Of a stretch of DNA of 64,000 nt, positions 24,567 through 38,424 are shown piece after piece. The notes under the pieces were generated by a model. The model was not told the origin of the DNA, made no database searches, and saw nothing but the letters and a program-made list of their open reading frames with translations. Every line of letters begins with the position of its first letter. The first letter of the stretch is position 1. This DNA comes from Sphyrna mokarran (taxonomy: Eukaryota), in contig JAGIQG010000029.1 in NCBI GenBank assembly GCA_024679065.1, positions 19,096,001 to 19,160,000 on the forward strand. The letters are read 5' to 3'. A program made the position numbers and the translations under genes.

Positions 24567-26200
24567 GGGTGGAATTTTCCTGTGCTCCCCATGGTAGGTT
24601 TGTTTAACAGTGGTCAGGAGCATTGCAGGGAGAGCTGTCAGCATCAGTGACAAATGACAGCTGGTATGTGCATTCTTGCCCGTCATGGTGGGTCACTGTT
24701 CTCGCCAGTTGCCATTATGAAGTCATTTTGGATCCCATTAAAGGGACGCAGATGAGGGTTTGACTGGAGTCGTCTGCCCCATGTCCAACCACTCAAGCTG
24801 TCATGTCCAGACCAATACAACATGCCATTGTCAGAATTAACTGCAAAATAGTCTGGGGCAGAGATTGCAAATTAAGATGGAGACCGCCAACAATCAGCTT
24901 CATCCTAGAGATGGATCTCCTGGCAGCCAGTGGATGGCTGCAGGAGATACTGTTGGACTGTGATGGTCTGCACTAGGAGGGAGATTGGATGGGAGGAGAG
25001 GAGTGAAGGGGTGGATGCAGAGGCTTAGAGAGAAGGGCGAAGGACAGGGCAGGTTGATAGTGATAGAAGAAAGAGACAGATGTGACAAAAGTTATGGAAA
25101 GGGTGAAAAGATGTGGAGCGGGAGGATGGGAAGGGCCATCCCGGAGTACGGCAGGGACTTAACAGTGTTGAATAGGCATGAGGGCGAGGAATGCTATGGA
25201 GCATACTGTCTGGTGATAGAACAAGATAGTGAGAGTTAAAGATGTCAGTGAAGCCAGCAGGTGGGAACAGTGAGGGTCCAATGATGGCATGTGAAGGGGT
25301 ACTGAGGTTTGTTGCAGGAGATGCAGAACACAATGTGGATTCTGAGTGTCAGCAGGATAAGGGGGTATGTTTTTTGTGTTAGGGTTGGGGTCTTTGGGAA
25401 GGCAGTGGACTTCAACATTCACCTGCACAGGACAGAGGATGATGTGAGGGTTGAAGATTCATGGTGGAGAGATTAAACATCACACCCAAGGAGGTCAATG
25501 TTTATGGGAGAGAGAATGTGGCTGATGGGGGAATGGTAAAGGTACTGGACTCAACATTGAATGTAACTCGCACCATGACTTCTCCCAAATTTGCAGAGCC
25601 TTGTGGTGGGCTTGAGATGCCACATGGGGGTTGGCTAGCAGAGTTGGGCCAAAAGGCAGGCCAACTCAATTAAATAACCGAAGGGGAACACTAGCATAAA
25701 GGTTCTGGGGCACTCCAGACCAGTGAGAATATGCAGATATAAGAGAGAGGCTCACAGAACCATGTCATCAGCAGTGTTGACTGGAGCTGGAGCCCTCAAC
25801 CTGTGAACTCCTTCTCCTCCACCCTCTCAGACAGCATGTGAGCTCTCTGTGTGGAAGGATCAGGGAGCTACAGTGGCATGTCCACCTGCAGAATAGATAG
25901 ACTGCAGTGAGAATCGGAAACATACCACATTAACACTGAGGCCTATTCCTGTTTACCAATCAGTGAGGTGATTGTGAATAGTTCAGGTTTAATTTACCCT
26001 GGCAGAAGTGATGAGGACATTCATCCATTTCCAGCAGTGCGGAGCAATCCTCTGGTGGAAGCTCTGGGCACTGACAATTCTTGAGACTTTCTTCCATGCA
26101 GATTTTGTCTGCTAGTGCGGCCTCTCCTCCCAACCTCCCCTTCATTCAGGAGCATTTCCAGGGAGGCATCGTTGAATCTGGGGTCAGAGGTCCCTGGGAT
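24567..26200 (-). mobile_element. PIF/Harbinger-type DNA transposon remnant
   Basis: Begins TTA-GGGTGGAATTTTCC (TIR like the MITEs); purine-rich interior; contains the Myb-like exon at 25995-26200; far boundary uncertain. Confidence 0.55.
25995..26200 (-). pseudogene. PIF/Harbinger Myb/SANT-like exon remnant
   Basis: DPRFNDASLEMLL.../...AWKKVSRIVSAQSFHQRIAPHCWKWMNVLITSAR followed by GTAA (splice-donor-like). Confidence 0.75.
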
Positions 26201-26202
26201 CT

Positions 26203-26513
26203 TAGAATCATAGAATCTCCAGTGCAGAAGGAGGTCATTTGGCTCATCAAGCCTACACTGACAACAATCCCACCCAGGCCCTTTTCCCGTACCACACATA
26301 TTTATTCTTCTCACCCCCGATATCCTAATGGGTAATTTATCAATGCAATCAACCTAACCCGCACAGGGTTTAATCTTAGGACTGTGGGAAGAAACTGGAG
26401 CACCTGCAGGAAACCCACATAGACATGGAGAGAACATGCAAACTCTACACAGAAAGTGACCTGAGGCCTGGATGCCTGGCGTTGTGAGGCAGCAGTACTA
26501 ATCACCGTGCCGT
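26203..26513 (-). mobile_element. HE1-type V-SINE
   Basis: Head, V-domain and TCTATGATTCTAAG tail on minus strand. Confidence 0.85.
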
Positions 26514-26679
26514 CCTTCTTGAATAGTGAGTACATTGACATGATGGCGAGGCACGTGCCACCCAACCCAATCCCCTATGTAAAAAATGTTGGGAAACTGC
26601 CAACTGCATAATTAATGAGACTGGCATTGCTTGATTCAGAGCAAATTGACACTGGCCTCAGCAACGGAAAAGATTCCCT

Positions 26680-26810
26680 CACGGAATTTTCCCATCTCGT
26701 CTGCCATCCATGGAAATTATAGTAGGCTGGACATGGATCATGCAAAAATCCATTGACTTTGCATGGAATTTTCCATTATTGGCCGAGTACAGCAGGAAAA
26801 TCCAGCCCCA
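26680..26810. mobile_element. MITE family B copy
   Basis: GGAATTTTCCC...GGAAAATCCAGCCC. Confidence 0.65.
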
Positions 26811-27807
26811 GTTTCTGCCGCACCATGGGACTTAGTCCCAGAATTGAAGTTTCCGGCCATAATTTCCTATTAAAGTCCAAATATTTGAAGGTTCAAGATT
26901 ACTTGGGGAAAAAATGCTTAAGTGCCTCATCATGTCAATATCTATCGTGTTGTAACATGGAGGTGATGTTTCTCTGCATGATTTTAGAAACCTTGACTCA
27001 TAATCTGAAGTATGTATGCGTGAGATAATAAGAAGCTATTGGTTTTGGTAAATTAAAGCAGGATCTGCACTATCACAAACAATCAACAGATCTTTAATTT
27101 AAAACTGGTGGCAACTTTATTAAAACAATTAACAAACTGAATAAAGTCCCCAATAGAATGCTGTTCCAATTACAAAACACATTCAGGAATAATGAAATAA
27201 ATCATTATAGAATATAGTCACTCTCAAATAATACTTGTGACTAATTAATAAAAAAACTTTAAAATAAACTTCACTTTAAACTTCCCAAAGAACCTTTTGT
27301 GAAAAGACCATTAACTGCATCAAAGTACCAAATTCCTAGCTAAAAGGTTTAATTATCCTGCTTTTACAACATCTGAGCTAATTTTTTTTTACCAGACATA
27401 CTAAATGCTTGCAGAATAATAAGGTTGAATTTTAGACATTCCCCTTAAACATAAAAAAACTATTTATATCAATTGGACTACCATCATCACAATAGAAAAT
27501 GTATCAAAACAGTCAGTAGGGATACACATTCAGATATTTCATGGACAAACATCTATTTTAAGTGTCTGCCAGGACTGGGTACAAAAATGACCTACCTAAT
27601 ATTGGCTCAGATTGATACCCTTGCCCTGCATCATATTGGTTACCTACCCTTGGGCCTTGGGTCTGTTTGATGAACAAATAAAGAGTCTACGTTGCACCCC
27701 ATCATCTGATACGTGAAAACCTTAACACCTATATGAATTTTTTGTCAAGTCTTGACATTATAAACTTTTTACGTTCAAATGTGTATGTAAAACTATGGAA
27801 AATAAAT

Positions 27808-27945
27808 GAGAGAATTTGCATTTATATAGCACCGTTCATTACATCAGGATGTCCCAAAGTCTGTCCCAGCCAACAAATGACTTACAAAGTGCAGTCACTG
27901 TTGTAATGTAGGGAATTGCAGCAGTCAAATTGTACACAACATAAC
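27808..27945 (-). mobile_element. Deu-domain SINE (SacSINE1-like) 3' fragment
   Basis: Reverse complement AATTTGACTGCTGC...TACATTACAACAGTGACT...GGTGCTATATAAATGCAA; same tail at 50130-50240 and 54255-54360. Confidence 0.65.
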
Positions 27946-28960
27946 CCTCATACCACAGGCCAAATCAAGTTTGTGTGCGCAGTAATGTAATTACAGGGTG
28001 TCCTGTAATGTAATTGAAAACTGCAGCAGTTATTAGTTTCTAATTTCCACAACAGCAGATGATGCAAAGGGAATGTCTGTGATCTATACAAAGGGAAGCA
28101 CCATTCTCTTTGTAACCTTTTCATCTTATTGACTATACAGCAAGACAAGAGAAATTTATCCTTTTGGTGTGCTGAGTGGTTACATACAGATCATTATTCC
28201 ATCTGCATATGAATAAATATTTGCCGAAGATAATGATTTTATGTTTTAAAATAAGCAGCATCTTGCCTAGATAGACTAAAGTACCACAATATATTCCTCT
28301 ATTCCTTGTTACATTACATATTTTTGCCCATTTATCATTCCATGCCCTCTGCACTCCCAGTTGAATTATGCCTGCACATTGAAATGCATTTTATATTGCT
28401 TCCAAGCATTTGCCCGGTCTTACTCATTCTCGATTGGCTGGCGTGATGAAAAGAAAATTAAACAAAATGAGTTAATTATGTTTTGTAATTATTAAAATTA
28501 CAATTAGGACTTTTTTTTTTCCCCCTCACAGGCAATTCACCATCATTATGTGAGCTGGGAAAGCCAGAAGGCTTTTTTAAGGTGTCACCATAAATCTTGA
28601 AGAGCATGCGCATTTTTCAAGAGTAAATCCCCAAAAAGTCGTCAATTTGTGATAGTCTTAGGATATAACAGTTTAATTAATACAAATTAAATTATTAATG
28701 GCATGGTTATCAGTCCTTTTGGACAAATATATCAAAAAAATATCTGGCGTTTTGCATTAAATAAGTACTGAATGACTGTTTGATCAATGGGATCACATCT
28801 TGCTCAGAGGTATGTTTTATTTACTGACGTGAAACCCTCGCATATAAATGAAAAGAATGAAATATTTACAAACTTTAAATTATGCGTTTAAGCTCCTGGT
28901 ATTGTACGCAAGCTAATTTATATACAGGATTTCAACAGCTTTTTTATAAAAGCTACTGCA
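27945..28960. promoter_or_regulatory. Candidate conserved non-coding element / enhancer cluster
   Basis: No recognisable repeat for ~1 kb; dense TAAT/ATTA homeodomain cores, TGTCA, CCATAAA, duplicated GTAATGTAATT. Confidence 0.5.
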
Positions 28961-29204
28961 TATATGCACTTTGTTCTTTTACTTTTTATCTGGTCAGTTA
29001 AGTGAAAGATTATGGCCTCCAGAACAGAGCACAGTACTCAAAAAGATTGTACCATGCAGTCCTTTGAAGCTGCTCCACTATTTAAAATTGTCTTGGCTGA
29101 ACTTGGGATTCCCTATCCATTTCCCATATCCTTTTATTCCCTGAGAGACCCAGAGGAATTGCTAAAGCCATGGTTAGTGCTCATTCTTTTTACCTATGTG
29201 ATAC

Positions 29205-29505
29205 GTGGCATGGTGGCACAGTGGTTAGCACTGTTGCCTCATAGCATCAGGGACCTGGGTCCGATTCCTGGCTTCACTATGAAGTTTGCATATTCTCCCC
29301 GTGTCTGCGTGGGTCCCCTCCAGGAGCTCTGGTTCCCTCTCACACTCCAAAGACATGTGGTTTAGGTTCATAAGCCATGCTAATTTGTCCCTTAGTGTCA
29401 AGAGGATTGACAGGATAAACGTGAGGGGATAGGGTTGGATGGGATTGTGGTTGGTGCATACTCAATGGGCCGAATGGATTCGTTCTGCACTGTAGGGATT
29501 CTATG
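29205..29505 (+). mobile_element. HE1-type V-SINE
   Basis: Head, V-domain, CTGCACTGTAGGGATTCTATG tail. Confidence 0.88.
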
Positions 29506-29824
29506 CGCTGAAAATTACATGTGCTGTGGGAAATCATTGTGGCTTGGTGTTAATTGGTCCTTTAACGATCAGCAGGTTTGCATTTGATTCATGTGCATTG
29601 CTAACCTTGAATTTGCGTGCATGCACGATAACATCGGGAAGCATGCCTGTTATTCAAAGGAATATTATGTTTGGGTTGATCGCATGCCCAACTGTAATCG
29701 TAAAATCCTGGCCTGTTTCACAAGTACTTCCTCCCATTTCTCTTCATCTAACCCCATTTGAATAACTTTCAACTCTTAACTCCCTCAAATACTTAGATTT
29801 CTCTTAAAAACATTCATGCAGACC

Positions 29825-30120
29825 CAGGGGTGCACGTTGGCACAGTGATTAGCACTGCTGCCTCACATTACCAGGGACCTGGGTTTGATTCCCAGCTTGA
29901 GTTACTACCTGTGTGGAGTTTATACATTTTCCCTGTGAGTGTGTGTGTGGTTTCCTTTGGGAGCTCTGGTTCCTCCCACAGTCTAAAGATGTGCTGGTTA
30001 GGTGGATTGGTCATGCTAGATTCTCCCTCAGAATAGGTACCAGAGTGTGACAACAATGGGATTTTCACAGTAACTTTATTGCAGTATAAGTGTAAACCTA
30101 TTTATGACTAATAAATAAAG
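29825..30120 (+). mobile_element. V-SINE variant with alternative 3' tail
   Basis: HE1-like head/V-domain, then GGGATTTTCACAGTAACTT.ATTGCAGT...TGACTAATAAATAAA. Confidence 0.82.
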
Positions 30121-31469
30121 CATTTTGCTATTTGTCTGAACTATTCCTTGTGATAGCATACTTTTTTAGCAGCTTGCCCTGATGAATGACTATCTTATAT
30201 TTTTAACTGCTGGTTCTGGACTAACTTACTAATATGTGGACTCATGGGGACATTGGGTCATGGATACAGCTGAAGGAAGCATTAACAATGACTATCCTGA
30301 AAAATTTGGCATTGTGCACAGTAAATTTCACTGACCAGTGTGCCAATTATAACATCATTAAATCGCTCCAAATGTTGCTGATTTCCTAATTCAAATATGA
30401 TACATGAACACAGTCATGGATCAGACACCGAACACCATCAAAGAGCTAAGCTTTGTGCAGGCATGGTTAGCACTGCTGCCTCACAGCGCTAGGGACCTCA
30501 ATTTGATGGGTTGCCCCCAGCGCATTGTCAACTTAGCAGTGTCAGCCCAGTCCTCTGGCACTGCCCGAGGGGCAAAGTGGCAAGACCCATGGGGCACATT
30601 GCAACTGCCCGCTGGGCATCAGACAGTGCAAAAGGGATGAGACCAGAGGGGATGGGGACTAAGATCTGTGGGGCAGGGGGTATTGGTTACTCTCCACTTG
30701 GGCTTGTTGACAGAGGAGGGGAGGTCAGACATCGGGAGTGGGGGGTGGCGGAAGAGGACAGGGTTAATCTGCTGGAGTGGGATTCAGGAGAACGGGATTC
30801 CCTAGGACAGGGAGATTGAAGCAGCCCAGGGATTGGGAAGGGATTAGGTTGGGGTTGGCCAGGCCATAACTTGGAGGCCAGTGGTTGGGTGAAGGTGGGT
30901 GCTCGTAAGGCCAGCGATGCGGAGTCACAGCACCGGCCAGTGATCTTACTCTGGCAAGTAAAATACCATTGCGCCAGACTGATCTGTGAACAATGCATGA
31001 TTATGAAAACCAGATTGTGAAAAACAAGTAAAATGGTAAAACAAAATAACAATTATTTTCCAATAAGGGGCATAATCTGTCTTCAATAGTTGAGTGAGAA
31101 CATAAAATCCAAATTAATGAGAAAATCAAGCACCTTGCGTTGTGTAACCCAAACAGACAATTAAATAGTAATGTTCTGAAAAAGAATAGTATTCAGCATT
31201 CATATCATAGCTGATTTACATTTATTTTTCACATTGTCCTTTGTGTTTTTCTTTAGAAGTGCAGAAGCCTTTAAGTGCTTCATAAGATCAAAGGATACAA
31301 GATAACATTGAAATTACTTTCACCTCAAATAAAGAATTGCATTGTAATAATTTCTCTACTAGTATGTCAAGGCAATTTTAAAAGATCTATTTTCATAATC
31401 TGCACATTAGAAAGCAATAGCATGTCACGAAGCTTTGTAACATAAATTCCAACATTTTCAGCAAACAAA

Positions 31470-33145
31470 ACCTTTGGCCTGAGGAAATGTGCGAGGCATT
31501 AAATGAGTACTTTGCATCAGTATTCACCAAGAGAAGGACTTGATGGATGATGAGTCTGGGAAAGGATGTGTAGATAGTTTGAGCTATGTTGAGATCAAAA
31601 AGGAGGAGATATTGGGTTCTTGAGACACAAGAAGATAGACATATCCGCAGGGCCTGATGGGGTTTATGCCAGAATACTGAGAGATGCAAGGGAGGAAATT
31701 GTTGGGACTTTGAGAGAAATCTTTGTATCCTCATTGGCTACAGGACAGGTCTCAAAGAATTGGAGAATAGCCAATGTTGTTCCTTTGTTTAAGGAGGATA
31801 GCAAGAATAATATAGGTAATTACAGACCCATTAAGCTTACATCAGTAGTCGGGAAATTATTGGAGAAGATTCTTTGCGACAGGATTTATTCCTACTTGGA
31901 AATAAGTGGACATATTAGTGAGACACAATATGGTTTTGTGAAGGGGAGGTCATGTCTCACGAACTTGACTGAATTTTTCGAGAAAGTATTGAAGATGATT
32001 GATGAGGGTAGGACAGTGGATGTTATTTACATGGACTTCAGTAAGGCCTTTGACGAGGCCTTATGGCAGACTGGTGCAGAAGGTGAAGTCGCATGGGATC
32101 AGATGTGAACTGGAAAGATGGATACAAAACTAGCTTGGTCAAAGAAGATAGAGGGTAGCAGTGGAAGGGTGTATTTCTAAATGGAGGGCTGTGACAAGTG
32201 ATGCTTCTCAGGAATCAGTGCTGGGACTTCTGCTGTTTGTAATATATATAAATAATCTGGAGAAAAATGTAACTGGTTTGATGAGTAAATTTGTGGACAA
32301 TACAAAGGTTGGTTGATTTGTGGATAGCGATGAGGATCATCAAAGGATACAGCAGGTTATAGATCAGTTGGAGACTTGGGTGGAGAGATGGTTGATGGAG
32401 TTTAATCCGGACAAATGTGAGGTAATGCATTTTGAAGGGTCTAATATAGATAGGAAATATACAGTAAATGGCCGAACTCTTAAGAGTATTGATAGGCAAA
32501 GGGATCTGGGTGCACATGTACACGAGTCACTGAAAGTAGTAATGCAGGTGGAGAATTTAGTCAAGAAGGCATACGGCATGTTTGCCTTCATTGACTAGGG
32601 CTGAGTTTAAAAATTGACAAGTCATGTTGCAGCTTTACAGAACTTTAGTTAGACTGCACTTGGAATATAGTGTTCAATTCTGATTGCCACACTACCAAAG
32701 AGATGAGGAAGCTTTGGAAAGGATACAAAAAGACTTAGCAGGATGTTGCCTGGTATGGAGGGCATTAGCTATGAAGAGACATTAGAGAAACTTGGTTTGT
32801 TCTCATTGGAATGACAGAGTTGAGGGGGTACCTAATAGAAGTCTACAAGATTATGAGACAGAGTGGATAGTCAAAGCTTTTTCCCAGGATGGAAGAGTCA
32901 ATTACTAAGGGGATAGATTTAAGGTGCAAGGGGCAAGGTTTAAAAGAGATGTACGAGGCAGATTTTTTACACAGAGGAGTGGGTGGGGAATACAGTACTA
33001 ACTTTTAAGGGGCATCTTGATAAATACGTGAATAGGATGGGAATAGAGGAATATGGTCCCCGGAAGGATTGGGGGTTTTAGTTCAGTCGGTGCAGGCTTG
33101 AATGGCCGAAGGGCCTGTTCCCGTGTGGTAATTTTCTTTGTTCTT
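31470..33145 (+). mobile_element. CR1/HER1-type LINE, 5'-truncated, decayed RT
   Basis: SAGPDGVYARIL, WRIANVVPLFK, NYRPIKLTSVVGK, QYGFVKGRSCLTNL, YMDFSKAFD, W.MEFNPDKCEVMHF; catalytic motif degraded to FVDN; frameshifts; TTCTTTGTTCT tail. Confidence 0.95.
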
Positions 33146-35469
33146 GGATTAGAGTACCATAAAACAATGTTGCAAGTTACTCCACCTATGGGGTCACGTC
33201 ATGTGACACAATGAGTTGAACAGCGTTCTTCTGCACTGTAGGGATTCTACGATTCTTGTGAAAAATAATCTTATATCTTTGTTGTGACCAACTAAGGAGA
33301 TTGGTTCAAGGGGAACTAGTTCCCTCCTTCTCAGCTGGTCCTGACAATATATAATGGCTGGCTGAACTGTACAAGAATCATAAAGGGAGCATGACTAAAA
33401 AAATACTTGAAGAAGGGAGATAGAAAGAATAAAAAAATGGAGACAATCACTGAGACATTGGGACTAATACATCTTTTAAAAAAATCTTTTATCTGTGAAC
33501 AATACCTTTGGGAATTAACTAATACATAGAGATATTGTAATATAATATATATTTCTATGTACGTATTGTAAAATCAGTTATATACCTGTGAAGATTCACA
33601 TCCAAAACTCTCCTTTTTCTTAAAATTTAAAACAATATATGGTTAATGACTTAGTCAATCAATCTTTCTTTGAATTTCTTACCTGTTTCAAAACTGCTCC
33701 ATTGATGTATTATTCAAACCAATAATAAATTTAATGGTGAAATAAAATTCTCTGGTTTTTACCCTTAATTAAAAATATTTTTATTCAACTAAAGGCACAA
33801 GATTCAGTCAAAGTCAATGTTAATGAAATTGAAAATTAAATTGCATCACCACAGCTTTCTTTATCAGGAATTCGTATAAACGTATTGATTGCTCTAGTTC
33901 ATATTTCTAAATAATTTTTTTTGCACTATTCCTGAAATCCTACTGAAATAGTGTCAACTCTTTATTGAAAGAATACAGTAGTTAAATATTTATTTGTCCT
34001 GTCATATTATTATTATTATTGATGATTAAAGTTTTGGATGTTTGGCATTCCTGAAAAATAAAGATTGTGATTTTTCAGATTGTGATTTGCCATGGGAACA
34101 AATCCAGTTATGGCTGCTAACTCTTATGAGAGGGCCATCATGGGGTTTGCACCGGGGAAATCTCAGAATATAATATTCCCTGTCCGCCATTGACAATGTA
34201 ATCAGGCAGTCATTGCGCAAATCTGATTATCATCAATTTTCATTGATTTAAATATTCTTAAATGGCCTAAGACTGTGGCTTCTGGGGATATCAGATATTG
34301 CGTCCCTGCTGCTGGTATGAAGCCACGCAGTCGGGAATCACTACTGCCCTTTAACAGTCAAGATGATCACATCAGGAAGTGGTGGCCAGTATAGCCTCCA
34401 GGTGGCCAGGGACATGCTAGGGCACTGTTGGGGGTACTGCCAAGAAGCAGGAAAATTATAGCAGAGGGAAGGGGGGTTGGGAGGAAGAATTGCTGATGGA
34501 TGCACAGAAGGGGAGATTGCCAGTGATGATGGATGTGTGGCAATGGGGAAAGATTGTCAATGATAATGGGGCAAGAGGCGGTGAGTGGGTTGCCAGCATG
34601 GCATGATGTGGGACGGGGTGGCAAGGAGGGGGGAGGCTGGCAGATGTCTAATGAGGGGAGGCCTTTCTCTTAACTTTGAGATCGGGGTCTCATTTTTAAA
34701 AGGGCCAGGCCTGTGGAACTGGGTTTGCCAGCAGTTTTAGGTCTTACCCCTCAGGGATTACTGGGCGTAACAGCCCCATCCTTCTGCATTCTTTTGACAA
34801 AGTGTTAGGAGATCTGGAGAGAAAACTTGATTGCTTCTTTGGGGTATTAGAACCTGACATTTTGCCATGTTTTGAGAAAATTCCACATCAAGTCTTTATT
34901 CATTAGGCTGAAATTCCAATTAATTTTGAATTTGTGATCTATCAGTGTTATCAAATAAACTGCAGTTTTATTCAATGGAATCAATTAAAAATGCACAACT
35001 TTGGGAATGTGCTGTGCCTAATAACTAGAACCTCGTTAGTCTATGTGACATTTGGTAAAGCAATTAAGTATACTTTCTTAAATCATAACATATTAACCAA
35101 GAATATTAATGGCTTCACTCTTGCACAATTTTCAAATTTGCCAATTCCTAATGACAGTGATTTACATCTTTTTCCTCACTTTTTCTTCCTTCTATCACCT
35201 CCATTCTTGAATGCTGAATTATGTAAGTTAGATTGACATTGGAACTAATTTCTCATAAGTATTTCCTCCAACTGAACATGCAAGATCTTGGTACAAGCCC
35301 ACATATATGGAATTTTCAGCCTCAGTCTTTGGGTCATGAAGCTAGACACACCCACCAAACTGACCACACTCAACTCTCCCTGGATCAATTTAATCTCCAT
35401 GATGATTTTTGCAACTGCACCCATTTGCAGTCTTTAAAGTTGGCCCTTAACATTAGGTTGCCCTCTTTT

Positions 35470-35738
35470 AAGGCTTCACAGCACCAGGCACCTGGGTCTG
35501 ATTCTTGGCTCGTGTCACTGTCTGTCAGTTTCTGCACGTTCTCCATGTCTGTGTGGGTTTCCTCTGTGTGCTCTGGGTGCCACAATCTGAAAGACAAGCT
35601 AGTTAGGTGTCTTGGCTATGCTAAATTCTCCCTCAGTGTACCTGAACAGATGCCAGAGTGTGGCGACGAGGAAATTTTCACAGTGGCTTCATTGTAGCGT
35701 TAATGCAATCCCACTTGTGATCAATACATAAAAAAAGA
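35470..35738 (+). mobile_element. V-SINE variant with alternative 3' tail
   Basis: Same body and tail as 29825-30120; 5' end truncated. Confidence 0.78.
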
Positions 35739-36404
35739 AGTGTTGATGCCAGTTTTGGGAACCTTACTATGATTGCTGAGATCAATTAATTTAACAAAAA
35801 TTAGGGATGGATCTTTGACTCTTCCTGGCCTGAGTATTTTCAAGGCCTACTATAAGAGCAGGATTAACTTAGCTTTAATATCACACTTTGGGTATTATAC
35901 ATAACCATGAAGAAATGATAGATCTGTTCTACAGTCATACCTCTCAAACATTCAATAGCTTGGTGAGTTATGGAAAATATTGAATGTGGACTGAGGTAAT
36001 CCTGCTTTTTCACTCAAAGCTAGAACTAAAGATTTCTATAATTAAAACACCACAAAAGACAGCCTTAAAATATAAGAGCTGGGATGACCCTGGAAGTAGA
36101 TATTGATATAAATGATACATTACTGGAGACCTCTGACCAACTGCAAGTTGATGTAGCAGAAACCCTTCCTTTACATCTTTGCAATGGTATTGTGTTTAGG
36201 GCTGGGCTGGGGAGAAAATGGGGAGACCAGAAATTCCCATCTGAAGGCCATGGACCATTTGCTGGTTTGTCAAAATTTTCATCTGTTCACAATGATTCCT
36301 ACACAGTGTGAGATAGGAAAATTCTGGTCTAGGTGTCCGGATGGTGACTTGTGTGCAACTAATGGCCCCTTATGTTTTATAAGATTATATATTTCTCAAT
36401 AACA

Positions 36405-36712
36405 CAGAATCATTGAATTCCTACAATGCAGAGGGAGGTTATTTGGCTCATCAAGTCTGCATTGACTCTCTGAAAGATTGTCCCCAAAGCCCTCTTCTCC
36501 TAACCCCACACATTTGCCATGGCTAATCCATCCAAGCTATACATCTTGGGGAATTAAAGATCAATTTTGCATGGCCAATCCATCTAACCTGCACTTCTTT
36601 GGACTGTGGGAGGAAGCACTCAGAGGAAATCCACGCAGACATAGGTAGAATGTGCAAACTCCACACAGACAATGACCCAAGGTTGGAATTGCTCCGCCAC
36701 CGTGCTGCCCTT
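36405..36712 (-). mobile_element. HE1-type V-SINE with internal duplication
   Basis: Two copies of the CATGGC.AATCCATC.AA.CT..AC unit. Confidence 0.8.
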
Positions 36713-36829
36713 ATGTGATTATGTTGATCCACTAAATTGCGTACGGAAGAGATAATGAGATCACTGAGGCAATGGAGCTGGACCGGAAAGTTGTAGCATG
36801 ATGCAGGGCATCCCTATTTGCTCAGGAAT

Positions 36830-37150
36830 TTAGAATCATAGAGTCATACAATGCAGAAGGAGGATTTGATCTATCGAGCTTGCACTAATCACAATCCCAC
36901 CCAGACCCTATCCCTATAATCCCATGCATCTACCCTAGCTCATTCCTCTGACACTAAATGGCAATTTAGCATGGCTAATTCACCTAACCTGCACACCTTT
37001 AGACTGTGGGAGGAAACGAGAACACCCGGAAGAAACCCACGCAGACACGGAGAGAATGTGCAAACAGCACATAGGCAGTGATCCAAGCCAGGAATTGAAC
37101 CCGGGTTCCTGTGAGGCAGCAGTGCTAGCCATTGTGCCACCATGCCGCTC
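36830..37150 (-). mobile_element. HE1-type V-SINE, near full length
   Basis: Head, B box, V-domain, tail. Confidence 0.9.
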
Positions 37151-37595
37151 AAGTTTTTTTATAGCTTGCATATACCAGTTGTATTGTCACTGATGACAAG
37201 TTTCAAAATTATTTTGCTTTGCATTCAGTGTCGGGAAGTTCACCAGCATCAACAGCCCAAACAGTAGCACAAACATTTGGAGAATGGTCTTCTTTTTTCT
37301 CCCCCTCTGCCTCTCAAATTCCAATTGTAATTCTAATGCACGTCTTTGAAAACCTCCAACTGAGAACGAGATCAGCTAGTGAATGACCGAGCTATCATAT
37401 TTAAAAGTCTATTTTGCAGCGTTTATTTATCTTTAGAGCTGTCACTCAACCAAGAAATATACCAACAGCCCTGGCTGTATAACCCTGACAGCAGTCTATA
37501 CAATGATGTATAATCAGAGCATCCCAACACCAAGTGATAAAGTTGAATAAATGACAATCAAGGCAGTGCAGTGTTTGCAACGAACAGCATATCCA

Positions 37596-37609
37596 TTACC
37601 ATGGCAACA
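37596..37609. promoter_or_regulatory. RFX X-box-like motif in repeat-free island
   Basis: TTACCATGGCAAC versus X-box consensus GTTRCCATGGYAAC. Confidence 0.4.
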
Positions 37610-38424
37610 ACTGGGCTGCTGGGATTCCAATGCAGAGCTCCAAACACCAGGGACATGTTGAGATGAAATGAAAGCTGGCAAGATGAATTTTCTCCATTAA
37701 AGTGAGCTTACTATACCAATGTAATGGGGTGACCTTTCACACCGGGGAGTTTGTGGGGAAGGGGGGGTGTTATTGGGGGCAGGGTTGGTGGCAATCTAAA
37801 GTTCAAAATAAAGTTTTGAACAGGATTTAAACTCCAATACATTGCGGCCTGAATTTCATGCTCCCCTGCTGGTGGAGACCCCTGACATGAACTAGAATGA
37901 ACCCATTGGATTTTCTTCCTGCCCTGACCTCTCAGCTATTTTTCAACGAGTTGGACATGCCCTCAAATGGGGGGCTGCCCGTTCTTGTCCCACTGAGGCT
38001 CTTAATGCCAAGTATTGACAACTTAAGATTCATTCCCTCCTATTTTGAGGCTGGGGAAGTCCCTCGTATGGGGGAATCCCGAAAATAATTGGGTTTAGGT
38101 CTTCGGACGGAAAGAGGGATGCCACTATCAGAAGCCCCCAAATAACTTCAGGCACCTTGCCCTCCTTAAGATTTGGTGGTTGCTGAACCTCCCTCATTCG
38201 ACCCTTTCCCCCCTACCCCGGCCTCTCCCTAGCATCTCAATCCCCACCATCCACTCTTCCAATCCTCTCTCTCTGAGATCCTGAAAACTAATCTTTTCCT
38301 CCACTCCTGGGACATATGTTCCAAGAACTGCCCAAAGTTCTACTTAAGTTCACTGGAGCTTCTGTCATTGCAGAGACTAGCGAACTGATGGCCAATCTGA
38401 TTGACAGGCAGCTCTCAAAGCACA

